From: a virus
Length of the DNA stretch: 64,000 nt
Virus record (IMG/VR): IMGVR_UViG_3300001688_000618
Location: 659 to 64,658 of that record
Strand: one strand, 5' to 3'
In this document: positions 30,134-40,355 of the stretch, piece by piece
How the letters are laid out: every line of letters starts with the position of its first letter
How positions within the stretch are numbered: position 1 is the first letter of the stretch
The notes under the pieces: generated by a model
What the model was told of the DNA's origin: nothing
Databases searched by the model: none
The model's input: only the letters and a program-made list of their open reading frames with translations
Position numbers and translations under genes: made by a program

Positions 30134-30476
30134 ATTCTGGTGCTAAAACTTCATTTGCTCTAATTACAATATCAGTTTTATTAAACTCAAATTTATCAAT
30201 GCTTACGATGTTGTATGTCTTATCACCAAACTCCAAATATAATTTATTATTAATTTTTTTATTGAACACAACTTTGAATTGTGTTGTTTCCTCTACTTGA
30301 ACTGACTTTGCAGAAAATCGCTCATTTTCTGATAATTCTCTAACATAACACCACAAACCACCACTTTCTTGACTATGAATATAAGTTTTTGCAACAATTT
30401 CATAGCCATCAACAACTTTTGTTTCAATTCTAAAAAATTTTACTTTTTTATCCTTTACTTCCTTATATTCTGCCAT
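30105..30476 (-). CDS. Head closure (head-tail joining) protein
   Basis: WCYVRELSENERFSAKSVQVEETTQF, YNIVSID. Confidence 0.75.
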   Translation of the reverse strand: MAEYKEVKDKKVKFFRIETKVVDGYEIVAKTYIHSQESGGLWCYVRELSENERFSAKSVQVEETTQFKVVFNKKINNKLYLEFGDKTYNIVSIDKFEFNKTDIVIRANEVLAPEFDEVFYENY

Positions 30477-30748
30477 TAAAACACCTTTTTCCTGTATTCA
30501 GATAACATAAGCGAGACTGTATTTTCCAACTCCCTCGCATTTGTTTTCTCTCTATTTGTGTAATATTCACTAACAATATATTTAGCGGTTTCTTTTATAG
30601 TTTGTGGTAATAAATCAAATTCACTTAAAGGATATCTCAACACTTTCTCAATAATCTCTTGTGCTTGATTTATTAAGTCAGCAATTAAGGAATCCAACCA
30701 ATCACCATCAATGCCCAAATATAACTTCATTTCCTCAATTGATGGCAT
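30476..30748 (-). CDS. Head-tail connector (gp6-like)
   Basis: EEMKLYLGIDGDWLD.LI..LI, YYTNRE. Confidence 0.8.
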   Translation of the reverse strand: MPSIEEMKLYLGIDGDWLDSLIADLINQAQEIIEKVLRYPLSEFDLLPQTIKETAKYIVSEYYTNREKTNARELENTVSLMLSEYRKKVF

Positions 30749-30767
30749 AATTGCCTCCTATTTAAAA

Positions 30768-31196
30768 TTATTCTTCTTCTGGATTAAGTTGAGTAATGAT
30801 TTCATCTTCCCCATCTTCAATTTCATATCTTGGATCGCCTAGAACAGCAAAAGCTGTACCTGTAAGTTGAGAATCTTCAATGGCACTCAAAATAACCTCA
30901 ATTCTCTTAACTTCATCGTGACCAAGTTTGTCTGCTACAAAATCAATTGTTGAAATTGAGTCAGAATTTAATTCAATTTCACCAGTTTGAAGCTCTACTC
31001 TTGTTTTATCATCAAGAACCGCATTTATTACATAATTTGTAGTTTCTTTGTAAATATGGTCAGAACCAACAGCAAAGAAACAAATCTTTGCTGATTGGTA
31101 ATTTGTCAAATACAATAATTTTGTTTTGACACCATCGCAGTATTCAACTGGCAACTCTTTTAAACTTACTACTTTATTTGTTAAAAATTTACTCAT
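30768..31196 (-). CDS. Hypothetical head-associated protein
   Basis: 142 aa directly after capsid; ends VLGDPRY plus acidic tail. Confidence 0.55.
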   Translation of the reverse strand: MSKFLTNKVVSLKELPVEYCDGVKTKLLYLTNYQSAKICFFAVGSDHIYKETTNYVINAVLDDKTRVELQTGEIELNSDSISTIDFVADKLGHDEVKRIEVILSAIEDSQLTGTAFAVLGDPRYEIEDGEDEIITQLNPEEE

Positions 31197-31215
31197 TTTA
31201 TATCTCCTTCTTTAA

Positions 31216-32553
31216 TTAGTTTCTTTTAGCAAGTGCTACGAATGGACTTACTGTTGCACTGCCTTTGTAAGGTTGCAATGCCTTGTTCCATACTGGTTGA
31301 CCATCAACACGATAAATAAATCTAAACACATTCTCATCATACAAGAAACGAACATGAATAGAACTTGTCGCATTAATTCCACCTTTATCAATAAGCAAGT
31401 ATTGACTAAAGTCTGCAAGGATGATGTCACCAACATTTCCTACTTCACTACATTGTTCTAGTGGCAATACTGGTCTACCAAACAATGTTGCATATGGTGT
31501 TTCAGACAACCCACCTGCAGGAATGTAAACAGGTCTATCACCAACTGTTAGTGTATAAAGCAATGGCTCGATTTCAGGATTGATATACCAAACCGCATTC
31601 GCACGAGATCTACTCCATAGTCTTGACCACATTTTAACAAGGTTTTCAACTGTAATTTTTTCTGATTGACCTGGCTCTGGATCAACCTTAACGAGTGAAC
31701 TAGAATTAATAATTCCAAGTGGTTGACCTGCTCCTGTACCTCTCAAAATAGCATCATCAATTTTGAAACCAAATTCTTCTGCAAAACCTTGTTTCAAAAC
31801 ATTTTCAAGTGCAGATGCATCTTGCAAAAGCTCGTCAGTCACATAGCAAAGACCTGTTAATTTTTTCAAACTCAAATCCATAGTTCTAAACTTTGGTTTA
31901 CTTGCAACAAACTCTTCTGCCTCATTTTCCCAGTAAGTTGAAATGCCACCCCAACGACTACCATTTGCACGACTTACTTCATCAATAGCATTGATCTTAA
32001 TTCCATTAGCATTAGTTGTTAGTGGTATTTTGTGAACTTTTGATGCCAAAATACCTGTTTCGTATGTTCTCTTTAAAAGGTCTGCAACAAAGTCTTTTTG
32101 AACTAAAAAACCACCATCGCTAGGATTTGTTTCATTCAAACCGCTTGCTGATCTGGTGGTTAATCTTCTGTCAACTTTTCCTGCTGGTGTTGATGCTCTG
32201 TACACAGCCATCATTTGCTCACCAAAAGTTCTAAAACCTCTTTGCTCTTCCTTATTAGGATCATCTTTTATAATTTCTTCATTTTCATCTGGCTTGTATT
32301 CGCCTTCATTTTTTGATGCATTTCCGCCATTGTCAACATCTTCCTTTTCATCTTTATTATCAACTGGCTTTTGGAATATCTCAACTCTTACAATTTGGTC
32401 TGTCCATCCTTTCATTTCGCCTTCAAGTCTAGATACTTCCTTGTTCTCATCTTCTGTTAAAAAACGGTCTTCTTTCTCGGCTTTTTCGATAATAGCAACC
32501 GCCTTAAGTCTGCAGTCTTCCCTGCGAGCCTTCATTTCTTTAATTGATTTCAT
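31216..32553 (-). CDS. Major capsid protein, HK97 family (prophage)
   Basis: Delta-domain coiled coil, DGGFLV, KKLTGLCYVTDELLQD, GTGAGQPLGI, FRFIYRVDGQP. Confidence 0.95.
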   Translation of the reverse strand: MKSIKEMKARREDCRLKAVAIIEKAEKEDRFLTEDENKEVSRLEGEMKGWTDQIVRVEIFQKPVDNKDEKEDVDNGGNASKNEGEYKPDENEEIIKDDPNKEEQRGFRTFGEQMMAVYRASTPAGKVDRRLTTRSASGLNETNPSDGGFLVQKDFVADLLKRTYETGILASKVHKIPLTTNANGIKINAIDEVSRANGSRWGGISTYWENEAEEFVASKPKFRTMDLSLKKLTGLCYVTDELLQDASALENVLKQGFAEEFGFKIDDAILRGTGAGQPLGIINSSSLVKVDPEPGQSEKITVENLVKMWSRLWSRSRANAVWYINPEIEPLLYTLTVGDRPVYIPAGGLSETPYATLFGRPVLPLEQCSEVGNVGDIILADFSQYLLIDKGGINATSSIHVRFLYDENVFRFIYRVDGQPVWNKALQPYKGSATVSPFVALAKRN

Positions 32554-32556
32554 TTT

Positions 32557-33222
32557 TTACTCCTTTAATAAATTAAATTTTTGTTTTAATTGTTTTAACT
32601 TCTGTGCATTTTTTTGACGATCAGCACTCTCTCGTTTTTCCTTATCCGCCATGTGAGATTTGTAAACATCATCCATTGACCTTACTCCACACTCTGTTTG
32701 CGTATAAGCAGGAAATGTAACAGGGCTGACATCAAACAACTTAACTTTCAAAAGTTCCCTGATATCCTTACCATCTGAATAAGTCCAATTATCAAGAACA
32801 ACATTAAATCCAAATGACATTTGATTTATGTCGCCTCTTTTGATACTTACAAGCAGGTCTCTTGCCCACTGTGTATCAGGTGGAGTTATTCGTACAAATA
32901 AGCCCTTTTCATCTTCCTGTAATGTCAATGTGCCTGACTTGTTACGCCCAAGCACATAATTTGGATCATGATTGAATAATGCCCTGATGTCATCTTCTCT
33001 GATTGTTTGCTCAAATGCACCTTTGACAACCTTTTCCATAAACGGATAATCGCCACCTAATTCTTGTGACCAAGTATCAAAAACTGACGCATATCCTTCT
33101 ATTGCTGGATCGGTTGTACCAGGCACTTCTGATTCATCAACAACCCTAAGTTCCTTAACCACGACACTTCTTCTTTCAAAGTCCTGTGTTGTCTTCACTT
33201 GTTCCATCTGTACCTCCTTCAT
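32557..33222 (-). CDS. HK97-family prohead protease
   Basis: IEGYASVF, ALFNHD, GDINQMSFGF, LFDVSPVTFPAY. Confidence 0.95.
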   Translation of the reverse strand: MKEVQMEQVKTTQDFERRSVVVKELRVVDESEVPGTTDPAIEGYASVFDTWSQELGGDYPFMEKVVKGAFEQTIREDDIRALFNHDPNYVLGRNKSGTLTLQEDEKGLFVRITPPDTQWARDLLVSIKRGDINQMSFGFNVVLDNWTYSDGKDIRELLKVKLFDVSPVTFPAYTQTECGVRSMDDVYKSHMADKEKRESADRQKNAQKLKQLKQKFNLLKE

Positions 33223-34483
33223 TCATTTCATTTCCTGTGTTGACTACCTCCTTTTCCTTCTGACTTGCAGTAACAGCTGTGATCATATTTCCATTAAGTA
33301 AATATAAGTCGCCACCCTGATCCGCTGGTATGCGATTCATATCTTCTAAGGCACGGATTTCATTTGCACTCATCCAGCCGTTCTGCCTAGCAATTGCATA
33401 ACCATTCATACGAGAATTAAAATCTCCTCGCATTAAGCCGTTAACATTAAAATGAGCGTAGTAAATACTACGCTCTTCGTCATTTAACAGCGATCTTGCA
33501 ACCGCCTGTTCCCATCTAACCAACCACGGTCTAATCGTGTGTGTTATAAAATCTATTGATTGATGTTCTATATTACTAAAAGTTGATCTTGAAAGGTCTC
33601 CAACCATATGAGGTGGAACTCTAAAAATTCTGCATATTTCACTGATTTGAAACTGCCTTGTTTGTAAAAATTGACTATCTTCTGGCGACATGCCAATTTC
33701 ATGGTACTTCATACCCTCTTCCAAAACCGCAACTTTATGCGAATTTTTAGTTCCTTGATACACACTGTTCCATGATTCTCTTAATCGCTCAGGATCTTTA
33801 ACAACACCAGGATGTTCTAGTACTCCGCCAGGTCTTGCACCATTTCCAAAGAAACGAGCACCAAATTCCTCTGTGGCCAACGCAAGACCCATCGCCTCTC
33901 TAGCATAAGTTATCGGCGACACTCCAAGAACTCCATCAAATGAAAATGCTGGAATATGAAAAATCTGTCTCGGACTATATGTTTTTGTGTTTATGCCATT
34001 TGAATATGTATATTTAAGTCTCTTTGTATTTGAATCCCTTTCGACTTTCATATTTTTGCTTTTGAGCGGATATAATCCAACTACATGTCCAAAACTATCT
34101 CGCTTTATAACTGCATAAGCATTACCCCATAATAACAAGTTGGTCATCATCATTTCTCTAAAAGTAAAACTTGTCATTTCATCATTTGGTATATCATGCA
34201 ACACAGAATACAACGGATGTTGTTTTGCTCTTTCACTATCACCATTTGTCTGCTCTTTCATTAGACAACAAGGCAAACTTGCTATTGTTTCAGCAATAAC
34301 CTTTACACAAGCATAAACTGTCGTTATCTTTAATGATTCTTGCTCATCAACATCAACACCTGAATTACTCATTCCAGCACTGTCTATATCCACGCCTCTA
34401 ATAAAATCCTTGGTTTTAGCATCCATTTCTCGTTTTTCCTGTTGTTTCTTTCTGCCAAACCATAAAAACGCCAATCGCATCAC
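33176..34483 (-). CDS. Portal protein, HK97 family (prophage)
   Basis: VYACVKVIAETIASLP, LLWGNAY, QFLQTRQFQ..EICRIFRVPPHM. Confidence 0.95.
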   Translation of the reverse strand: MMRLAFLWFGRKKQQEKREMDAKTKDFIRGVDIDSAGMSNSGVDVDEQESLKITTVYACVKVIAETIASLPCCLMKEQTNGDSERAKQHPLYSVLHDIPNDEMTSFTFREMMMTNLLLWGNAYAVIKRDSFGHVVGLYPLKSKNMKVERDSNTKRLKYTYSNGINTKTYSPRQIFHIPAFSFDGVLGVSPITYAREAMGLALATEEFGARFFGNGARPGGVLEHPGVVKDPERLRESWNSVYQGTKNSHKVAVLEEGMKYHEIGMSPEDSQFLQTRQFQISEICRIFRVPPHMVGDLSRSTFSNIEHQSIDFITHTIRPWLVRWEQAVARSLLNDEERSIYYAHFNVNGLMRGDFNSRMNGYAIARQNGWMSANEIRALEDMNRIPADQGGDLYLLNGNMITAVTASQKEKEVVNTGNEMNEGGTDGTSEDNTGL

Positions 34484-34487
34484 CTCC

Positions 34488-36062
34488 TTATAAAATTAAA
34501 ATGCCACGATCGTTATATACGCTCGTGGTGTCCTTATTCCTTAATGCTCTATCTAGTGCCATTATCATCGCAATGGCACCATCTATTTTTTCTGTCGACT
34601 TTTCTTTATCTGCCTTTATATTCCCTGCTGGATCAGTCCTAATGAAAATGTTGTCAACCATCCATCGCATTACTTCGTTTCCGCCATGTGCGATTCTTTG
34701 CTCAAGAACAAGTTTCATCAACTCTTTTGTTGGTGGGCTCATGTCTCTAAATCCCTGTCCAAAAGGAACAACTGTCAATCCTAATCCTTCCAAATCTTGC
34801 ACCATTTGTGTTGCTCCCCAACGGTCAAATGCTATTTCTCTGATATTGTACATTTGAGATAGTTCATCAATAAACTTTTCAATATAGGCATAGTGAATAA
34901 CATTTCCTTCAGTTGTATTTATAAGCCCTTTTGCCTTCCATATATCGTATGGGACATGGTCTCTCCTAACTCTTAGTTCCAAACATTCCTCTGGTATCCA
35001 AAAGAAAGGCATAACCTGATACTTATCTTCTTCATCAAGTGGCGGAAAGACTAAAACAAACGCTGTTATATCGGTGGTACTCGACAAGTCAAGTCCTCCA
35101 TAACACTCTCGTCCTTTTAACCTTTCCGCATCAACTTTAAAGTCGCATAAATCCCACTTATCCATAGGCATCCACCTAACTGACTGTTTAACCCATTGAT
35201 TAAGTCTCAACTGTCTGAATAAATTTTCCTCTGCTATATTGTCCTTTGCATTGTTATATGCAAGTCTCAATTTCTCAATATCTACTGTTATACCCAAACT
35301 AGGATTTGCTTTATACCACACTTTCTCGTCTGTCCAATCGTCATCATCTTCAGCACCATAAATACAAGGATAAAAGGCAGGATCGTTTTTCCTGCCTTCC
35401 AAAATATCTTTTGCTTTTGAATGAACTTCCCAGCAAATGCTGTTTCTATCTGTTCCTGCTGTTGTAATTAAAAAATATAATGGCTGTTTTCTTGCATCAC
35501 CAGATCCCATTAACATAACATCATATAACGCTCTGTTTGGTTGTGCATGCAACTCATCAAATATAACACCATGAACATTTAAACCATGTTTTGTGTATGA
35601 TTCCGCACTCAAAACTTGATAAAAAGAATTCAAAGGCATATAAACAATTCGCTTTTGCGATGCTATAATCTTGCACCTTTTCATAAGTGCAGGACATTGT
35701 CTTATCATTTCACAAGCGACATCAAAAACTATTGATGCCTGTTGCCTATCTGATGCACAACCATAAACTTCAGCCCCATATTCGCCATCACCACAAGTAA
35801 GATATAATGCTATTGAAGCACCAAGTTCAGACTTACCCATTTTCTTTGGAACTTCAATATAAGCCGTGTTGTACCTGCGGTAGCCATTGGCTTTTACAGT
35901 CCCAAACAAGTCTCTGACAATTTTCTCTTGCCAATCCAGTAAAACGAAATTTTTACCATACCACTCCCCTTTGGTATGCTTTAGTGAATTTATAAAGGCG
36001 ACAGCCCTGTTTGCCAGGTTTTCATTGTAATATACTTTATCTTCCAACCTATCACCCCACAT
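34488..36062 (-). CDS. Terminase large subunit (prophage)
   Basis: PKKMGKSE Walker A, IFDELH Walker B, GLDLSSTTD, EKIDGAIA. Confidence 0.95.
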   Translation of the reverse strand: MWGDRLEDKVYYNENLANRAVAFINSLKHTKGEWYGKNFVLLDWQEKIVRDLFGTVKANGYRRYNTAYIEVPKKMGKSELGASIALYLTCGDGEYGAEVYGCASDRQQASIVFDVACEMIRQCPALMKRCKIIASQKRIVYMPLNSFYQVLSAESYTKHGLNVHGVIFDELHAQPNRALYDVMLMGSGDARKQPLYFLITTAGTDRNSICWEVHSKAKDILEGRKNDPAFYPCIYGAEDDDDWTDEKVWYKANPSLGITVDIEKLRLAYNNAKDNIAEENLFRQLRLNQWVKQSVRWMPMDKWDLCDFKVDAERLKGRECYGGLDLSSTTDITAFVLVFPPLDEEDKYQVMPFFWIPEECLELRVRRDHVPYDIWKAKGLINTTEGNVIHYAYIEKFIDELSQMYNIREIAFDRWGATQMVQDLEGLGLTVVPFGQGFRDMSPPTKELMKLVLEQRIAHGGNEVMRWMVDNIFIRTDPAGNIKADKEKSTEKIDGAIAMIMALDRALRNKDTTSVYNDRGILIL

Positions 36063-36067
36063 TTTGA

Positions 36068-36102
36068 CAAAGAAAAAAGGAATGCCAATTTGACATTCCT
36101 TT
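36068..36102 (-). terminator. Terminator closing the small-gene cassette, directly upstream of prophage terL
   Basis: AAAGGAATGTCA-aat-TGGCATTCCTTTTTTCTTT on the minus strand. Confidence 0.7.
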
Positions 36103-36120
36103 CATCTTTCTTATTCAATT

Positions 36121-36411
36121 TTATTTATATTGCTCTTCTATCTTTCGCAACAATGCTCTCGTTTGAGCATCACCTGAAGTAGGAATCAACCTTACATATT
36201 TTGAAACAATTTCCAATGCACTGTCATAACTTCCTGCTTGTTTTATTTCCTCAACCATTTGCTTTGAATCATCACGGTCACCCATATAATCCAAAACCTG
36301 TGTCACCTTCGCTATAATAAAATAAATATTACCTTCTTGACCATCAAAGTCGATTTCAATAGCAGGTCTTAATCTTTCGCTCATTTGACACCTCCGTTTA
36401 TTAACTTGCAA
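36121..36411 (-). CDS. Small hypothetical phage protein (probable start MSERL, 36384)
   Basis: DGQEGNIYFIIAKV...AGSYDSALEIVSKYV; GGAGG RBS. Confidence 0.65.
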   Translation of the reverse strand: MQVNKRRCQMSERLRPAIEIDFDGQEGNIYFIIAKVTQVLDYMGDRDDSKQMVEEIKQAGSYDSALEIVSKYVRLIPTSGDAQTRALLRKIEEQYK

Positions 36412-36716
36412 ACAAGTTTTGCTGTTTCTCTCTTGCCTTTAACTTTCTCGTGCAATTTGAGTTTTTCCTTAAACATAATGTCATCAATTTTTTCAATTAG
36501 CATTACATCATAAGTGAATGGCTCTTTTGCTTTAACAACCGCCACCTTCTTTTGTATATCATCGCTAACCGAAACCAAGCATCGCACACTCTTTGGATCG
36601 TCTGTTTTGCTATTCTTGTCAAGTTCTCTCAAACTTGCAATAACTCCGCTTATCGTTTCCTTACTCATTATTGCCACCATCCTTTTTCCATCTACCCCAT
36701 TCAAAACCTTTGCCAA
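36381..36716 (-). CDS. Small hypothetical protein
   Basis: Co-oriented, overlaps its neighbours; start uncertain. Confidence 0.5.
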   Translation of the reverse strand: MAKVLNGVDGKRMVAIMSKETISGVIASLRELDKNSKTDDPKSVRCLVSVSDDIQKKVAVVKAKEPFTYDVMLIEKIDDIMFKEKLKLHEKVKGKRETAKLVCKLINGGVK

Positions 36717-37194
36717 TGAATGTATCTCTTAAAAGTGTTAGCAATTCCTGTGCAATATCATTCTCAAATCCAAATTCCAAAACTATCTCTGAAAGTAAAT
36801 CCTTACCTTCATCAATAGTCTTGAAATCCTTTATCTTTTGTACGAACTCTGTGTATTTTGGATCTTCTGCAAGGTCGCTTTTATTTATCAATGCTGTATA
36901 TCTTGCGTATGCGTAACCTTCGCTTTCAACCAAAACACCCTGTTCCTGCTCTTTGCAATAAAAGAATAAGCATCTTCTGCCTGATTCATCATCGCACCAC
37001 ATTTCGTTTCGCTCTGCCTCAATAAGTTTGTTATCCCTTAAAAAAGCATTGCAAAAATTGTTAAATCCTTTCTCTGTTAATTCAATTTCCTTTATAACAG
37101 TGAATTTCTCTTGCTCGAACATATAATCCGCTGTGTAACTTTTCAATTCGTTAATGTTCGCCATTTTCCTACCAAATACTGCTGTTCTTTTCAT
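36661..37194 (-). CDS. DUF6329-like protein
   Basis: GVLVESEGYAYARY motif; GGAGGA RBS. Confidence 0.6.
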   Translation of the reverse strand: MKRTAVFGRKMANINELKSYTADYMFEQEKFTVIKEIELTEKGFNNFCNAFLRDNKLIEAERNEMWCDDESGRRCLFFYCKEQEQGVLVESEGYAYARYTALINKSDLAEDPKYTEFVQKIKDFKTIDEGKDLLSEIVLEFGFENDIAQELLTLLRDTFIGKGFEWGRWKKDGGNNE

Positions 37195-37205
37195 AATGTG
37201 TCCTC

Positions 37206-37514
37206 CTAATATTCCGTTGCAAACAAAATTGTCGTTGCCGACCTGTCTGCCTCCGTTATGATGTAAATTGCACCTAATGATGTTATATATCGTGCCACAA
37301 CTCTTTCTTTGCCTGACTTATATGCCCTGTCGTTTATTTCCTTATCGGAATCACACAACTCGCCCCAGTCGTGTCCCATATAACGCATCATTGCCTTTTG
37401 CACTTCTTCTGTGAAGTCCTCGTCTTCCTTTACTTTTTCCAGGACTTTATTCGTTACCGCTATTTTCATCATGAGCAACCTCCCTGAAAAAGTTATAAAT
37501 GCGAATATTAACAT
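37206..37514 (-). CDS. Small mobile-element protein (GDWG/HDWG family)
   Basis: HDWGELCDSD...N, IYIITEADRSATTILFATEY. Confidence 0.65.
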   Translation of the reverse strand: MLIFAFITFSGRLLMMKIAVTNKVLEKVKEDEDFTEEVQKAMMRYMGHDWGELCDSDKEINDRAYKSGKERVVARYITSLGAIYIITEADRSATTILFATEY

Positions 37515-37845
37515 CTTCGATGAGTTCCTTTAATTCATTGTATCTGTATCGTTTGACCGCATATACAATGCTCTCATCATCATATCGGTTATTGATATCA
37601 CACCAATTATCATCGCTTGTTTGCCTGAATATCAAATCGTCTGAATTTCTGTTCTCATATACCCATATGATTTGTGTTTTGGTATCGCCTGCCCTGCAAA
37701 GTTTGAAACAATAACCTGTTTCTCTGCAGTTGTTGAAAGTGTCCACATAAACTACATTACCATCTTCGTTGCCATCAAGTTGCTTTCTAATGGCTCTGTA
37801 CACCTTTTCACCAACCTGTAATCCTTTAGATTTCTCTATTTTCAT
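37447..37845 (-). CDS. Small hypothetical protein, first gene of the cassette
   Basis: ATG at 37845 after GGAGGGG RBS; FNNCRETGY. Confidence 0.6.
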   Translation of the reverse strand: MKIEKSKGLQVGEKVYRAIRKQLDGNEDGNVVYVDTFNNCRETGYCFKLCRAGDTKTQIIWVYENRNSDDLIFRQTSDDNWCDINNRYDDESIVYAVKRYRYNELKELIEDVNIRIYNFFREVAHDENSGNE

Positions 37846-37869
37846 AATACACCCCTCCATAAGGCAGTA

Positions 37870-37915
37870 CACATTAAGCAGTATTTTTTCCTAAATTGCA
37901 AGACAATTTCGCAAA
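37870..37915 (-). promoter_or_regulatory. Conserved upstream motif, copy 2
   Basis: CACATTAAGCAGTATTT-N6-AAATTGCAAG...TTTCGCAAA, matching 17423-17467. Confidence 0.7.
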
Positions 37916-39169
37916 TTAATTCAAATCTTTATAAAGTATTTTTTTACCATCTCGAATTAGGTATATTTCATCCATATTATTGAACATTCTGATATACCTT
38001 TCTACGATAACATCACAGTATTTTGGATCAAGTTCCATCATGCAACATTCTCTGCCTGTCTGCTCGCTGGCCATGATCGTTGTTCCACTACCACCAAACA
38101 AGTCCAAAGAAATATCATTTGTGTGACTACTATTCAGCAACGCCCTTGCAACCAACTCAATCGGTTTCATTGTTGGATGTTCTTCACTTCGCTTTGGTCT
38201 TGGAATCTGCCACAAATCACTTTGTTTTCTATCTTCCAAAGGACACACTCTTGTTCCGTTTTTCCACCCATACCAAATTGGCTCGTATTGTGTGTGATAA
38301 TCCTTTCTTGATAACACAAGCGTGTCTTTTGCCCAAATTATCGTTGAACTCCAATGATAGCCACACTTTTCCATTACTTGCATTATGTTGCCCCATTCCT
38401 GACCAGACATAACAACATAAACCATAGCGCCATCAACAAGGACATCACTCATAGCCTCAAATGCCTTCGATAAAAAAGCACCGAATTGCTCGGTGCTCAT
38501 ACTGTCGTTCATTATACTTCGTTGTTTCCAAGATGGATGACTTGCTCCACCATAATCAACATTCCAAGGCGGATCAGTAAATACGACACTTGCCTTTTTT
38601 CCGCCCAAAAGTCGCCCAACATCGCCTTTATCTGTTGAGTCCCCACACATTAATCGATGCTTGCCTAATTGCCAAATATCGCCCCTTTTTGTGCGTACTT
38701 CCTTAATATTTTTTAACTGCTCATCAATATCAAAGTCTTCATCCTCTTTGACACTTTCCTTTTTCTCATCTTCAAAGAAAGAGTCAAACTCTGCCATATC
38801 AAAACCTGTCAGCGTTATATCATAACCGCCGTCATTCAAATCCTTTAACAAATCAGTTAAGAGTGGCATATCCCAATCACCACTTATTTTGTTAAGTGCA
38901 ATGTTTAATGCTTTCTCTTTCTGCTCGTCAATATCAATAACAACACAATCAACTTCTGTCTCGCCAAGATGCTTTAAAACAGAAAGTCGCTGGTGACCAC
39001 CAACGACTGTTCCTGTTCTTTTATTCCAAATTATCGGCTCAACATAGCCAAATTCTGTAATGCTATTCTTTAACTTTTCAAACTCTGGATCTCCAGGTTT
39101 TAACGCTTTACGAGGATTGTATTTTGCTGATTGCAACTTTGAGATTGCTATTTTCTCAATTTGCATCAT
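37916..39169 (-). CDS. ParB-N-terminal + N6/N4 DNA methyltransferase
   Basis: YNPRK...GGHQR (ParB-like); FTDPPW; HPTMKP; LDLFGGSGTT. Confidence 0.92.
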   Translation of the reverse strand: MMQIEKIAISKLQSAKYNPRKALKPGDPEFEKLKNSITEFGYVEPIIWNKRTGTVVGGHQRLSVLKHLGETEVDCVVIDIDEQKEKALNIALNKISGDWDMPLLTDLLKDLNDGGYDITLTGFDMAEFDSFFEDEKKESVKEDEDFDIDEQLKNIKEVRTKRGDIWQLGKHRLMCGDSTDKGDVGRLLGGKKASVVFTDPPWNVDYGGASHPSWKQRSIMNDSMSTEQFGAFLSKAFEAMSDVLVDGAMVYVVMSGQEWGNIMQVMEKCGYHWSSTIIWAKDTLVLSRKDYHTQYEPIWYGWKNGTRVCPLEDRKQSDLWQIPRPKRSEEHPTMKPIELVARALLNSSHTNDISLDLFGGSGTTIMASEQTGRECCMMELDPKYCDVIVERYIRMFNNMDEIYLIRDGKKILYKDLN

Positions 39170-39175
39170 TCCCTC

Positions 39176-40279
39176 CTATATTTCATCAAATTCTTTTACT
39201 TGTTCCCAAGCAAAACCATCTCTGCCAAAATGTCCATAACAAGCCGTTTGTTTGTATACAGGTTTTAACAAATCAAGTTCTTTTATAATGTTGCTTGGTC
39301 TAAAATCAAAGTTCTTTGCAACAAACTTGTATATTTCCTCAATTGCTACTCTTTCAGTGCCAAATGTTTCAATATACAATGAAAGCGGATCTGCAAGTCC
39401 TATCGCATAACTTACTTGTATTTCGCACCTATCTGCGAGTTTATTTGCTACAATATTCTTTGCAACATAACGAGCATAATATGCTCCTGAACGATCAACT
39501 TTGGTTGCGTTCTTTGAACTGAAACATCCGCCACCAACACGACCGACACCACCATAAGTATCAACAACGATTTTTCTGCCAACACAACCTGAATCACCAA
39601 AACTGCCCCATATTGTGAACTTGCCACTTGGATTTACAATTAAATCCGTTTGAGCCCCCAATAAATAAGCATATTCTGCCAAGACTGGAGAAATAACTTC
39701 ATCGCCAATTGTTCTGCGTATTTCCTCTTTTGATAACTTGCCTGCGTGTGAAACTGAAATCAACACAGTTGTTATTTCAACTGGCTCATCATCTTCGTAT
39801 TTAACTGTGACTTGTGATTTAGCGTCTGCAAAATACAAATCATTATGCTTTCTACGGAATTCGTCATACTTTTTCATTAATTTATGTGCAACGACAATTG
39901 GTAATGGCATCAATTCCTTTGTTTCATTGGTTGCATAACCATATGCCATACCTTGATCATTTGCACACAATTCTTTCTTAACTACCGCTTGATTTATATC
40001 TGGTGACTGCTCTGATAATTCCTTTATAATAACAAACTCATCAGCATTATATCCTATGTCCTGCAATACTTCTCTCGCTATTGCATCATAGTCAATTTTT
40101 GCTTTTGTTGTTGCCTCACCATAAATAAATAATTTGTTGTTTTTAATGGCACATTCAACTGCCATCTGTGAATCAGGATCTTGCCTCAAAGCCTCATCCA
40201 AAAATGAATCTGCAATGATATCGCAGGTCTTATCTGGATGCCCACAATTCACACTTTCACTTGTAATAAATTTTTCCAT
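39176..40279 (-). CDS. metK: S-adenosylmethionine synthetase
   Basis: FITSESVNCGHPDK, NDQG, DAKSQVT, GRKIVVDTYGG, KVDRSGAY, YGHFGR. Confidence 0.95.
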   Translation of the reverse strand: MEKFITSESVNCGHPDKTCDIIADSFLDEALRQDPDSQMAVECAIKNNKLFIYGEATTKAKIDYDAIAREVLQDIGYNADEFVIIKELSEQSPDINQAVVKKELCANDQGMAYGYATNETKELMPLPIVVAHKLMKKYDEFRRKHNDLYFADAKSQVTVKYEDDEPVEITTVLISVSHAGKLSKEEIRRTIGDEVISPVLAEYAYLLGAQTDLIVNPSGKFTIWGSFGDSGCVGRKIVVDTYGGVGRVGGGCFSSKNATKVDRSGAYYARYVAKNIVANKLADRCEIQVSYAIGLADPLSLYIETFGTERVAIEEIYKFVAKNFDFRPSNIIKELDLLKPVYKQTACYGHFGRDGFAWEQVKEFDEI

Positions 40280-40307
40280 ATTAACTCCTATAATTGAATA
40301 TTTAACA

Positions 40308-40343
40308 CAAAAAGAAAAATCCCATCGTTATCGACAGGATTTT
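40308..40343 (-). terminator. Riboswitch expression-platform terminator
   Basis: AAAATCCTGTCG-ataa-CGATGGGATTTTTCTTTTT. Confidence 0.8.
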
Positions 40344-40355
40344 GATACTCTATTT

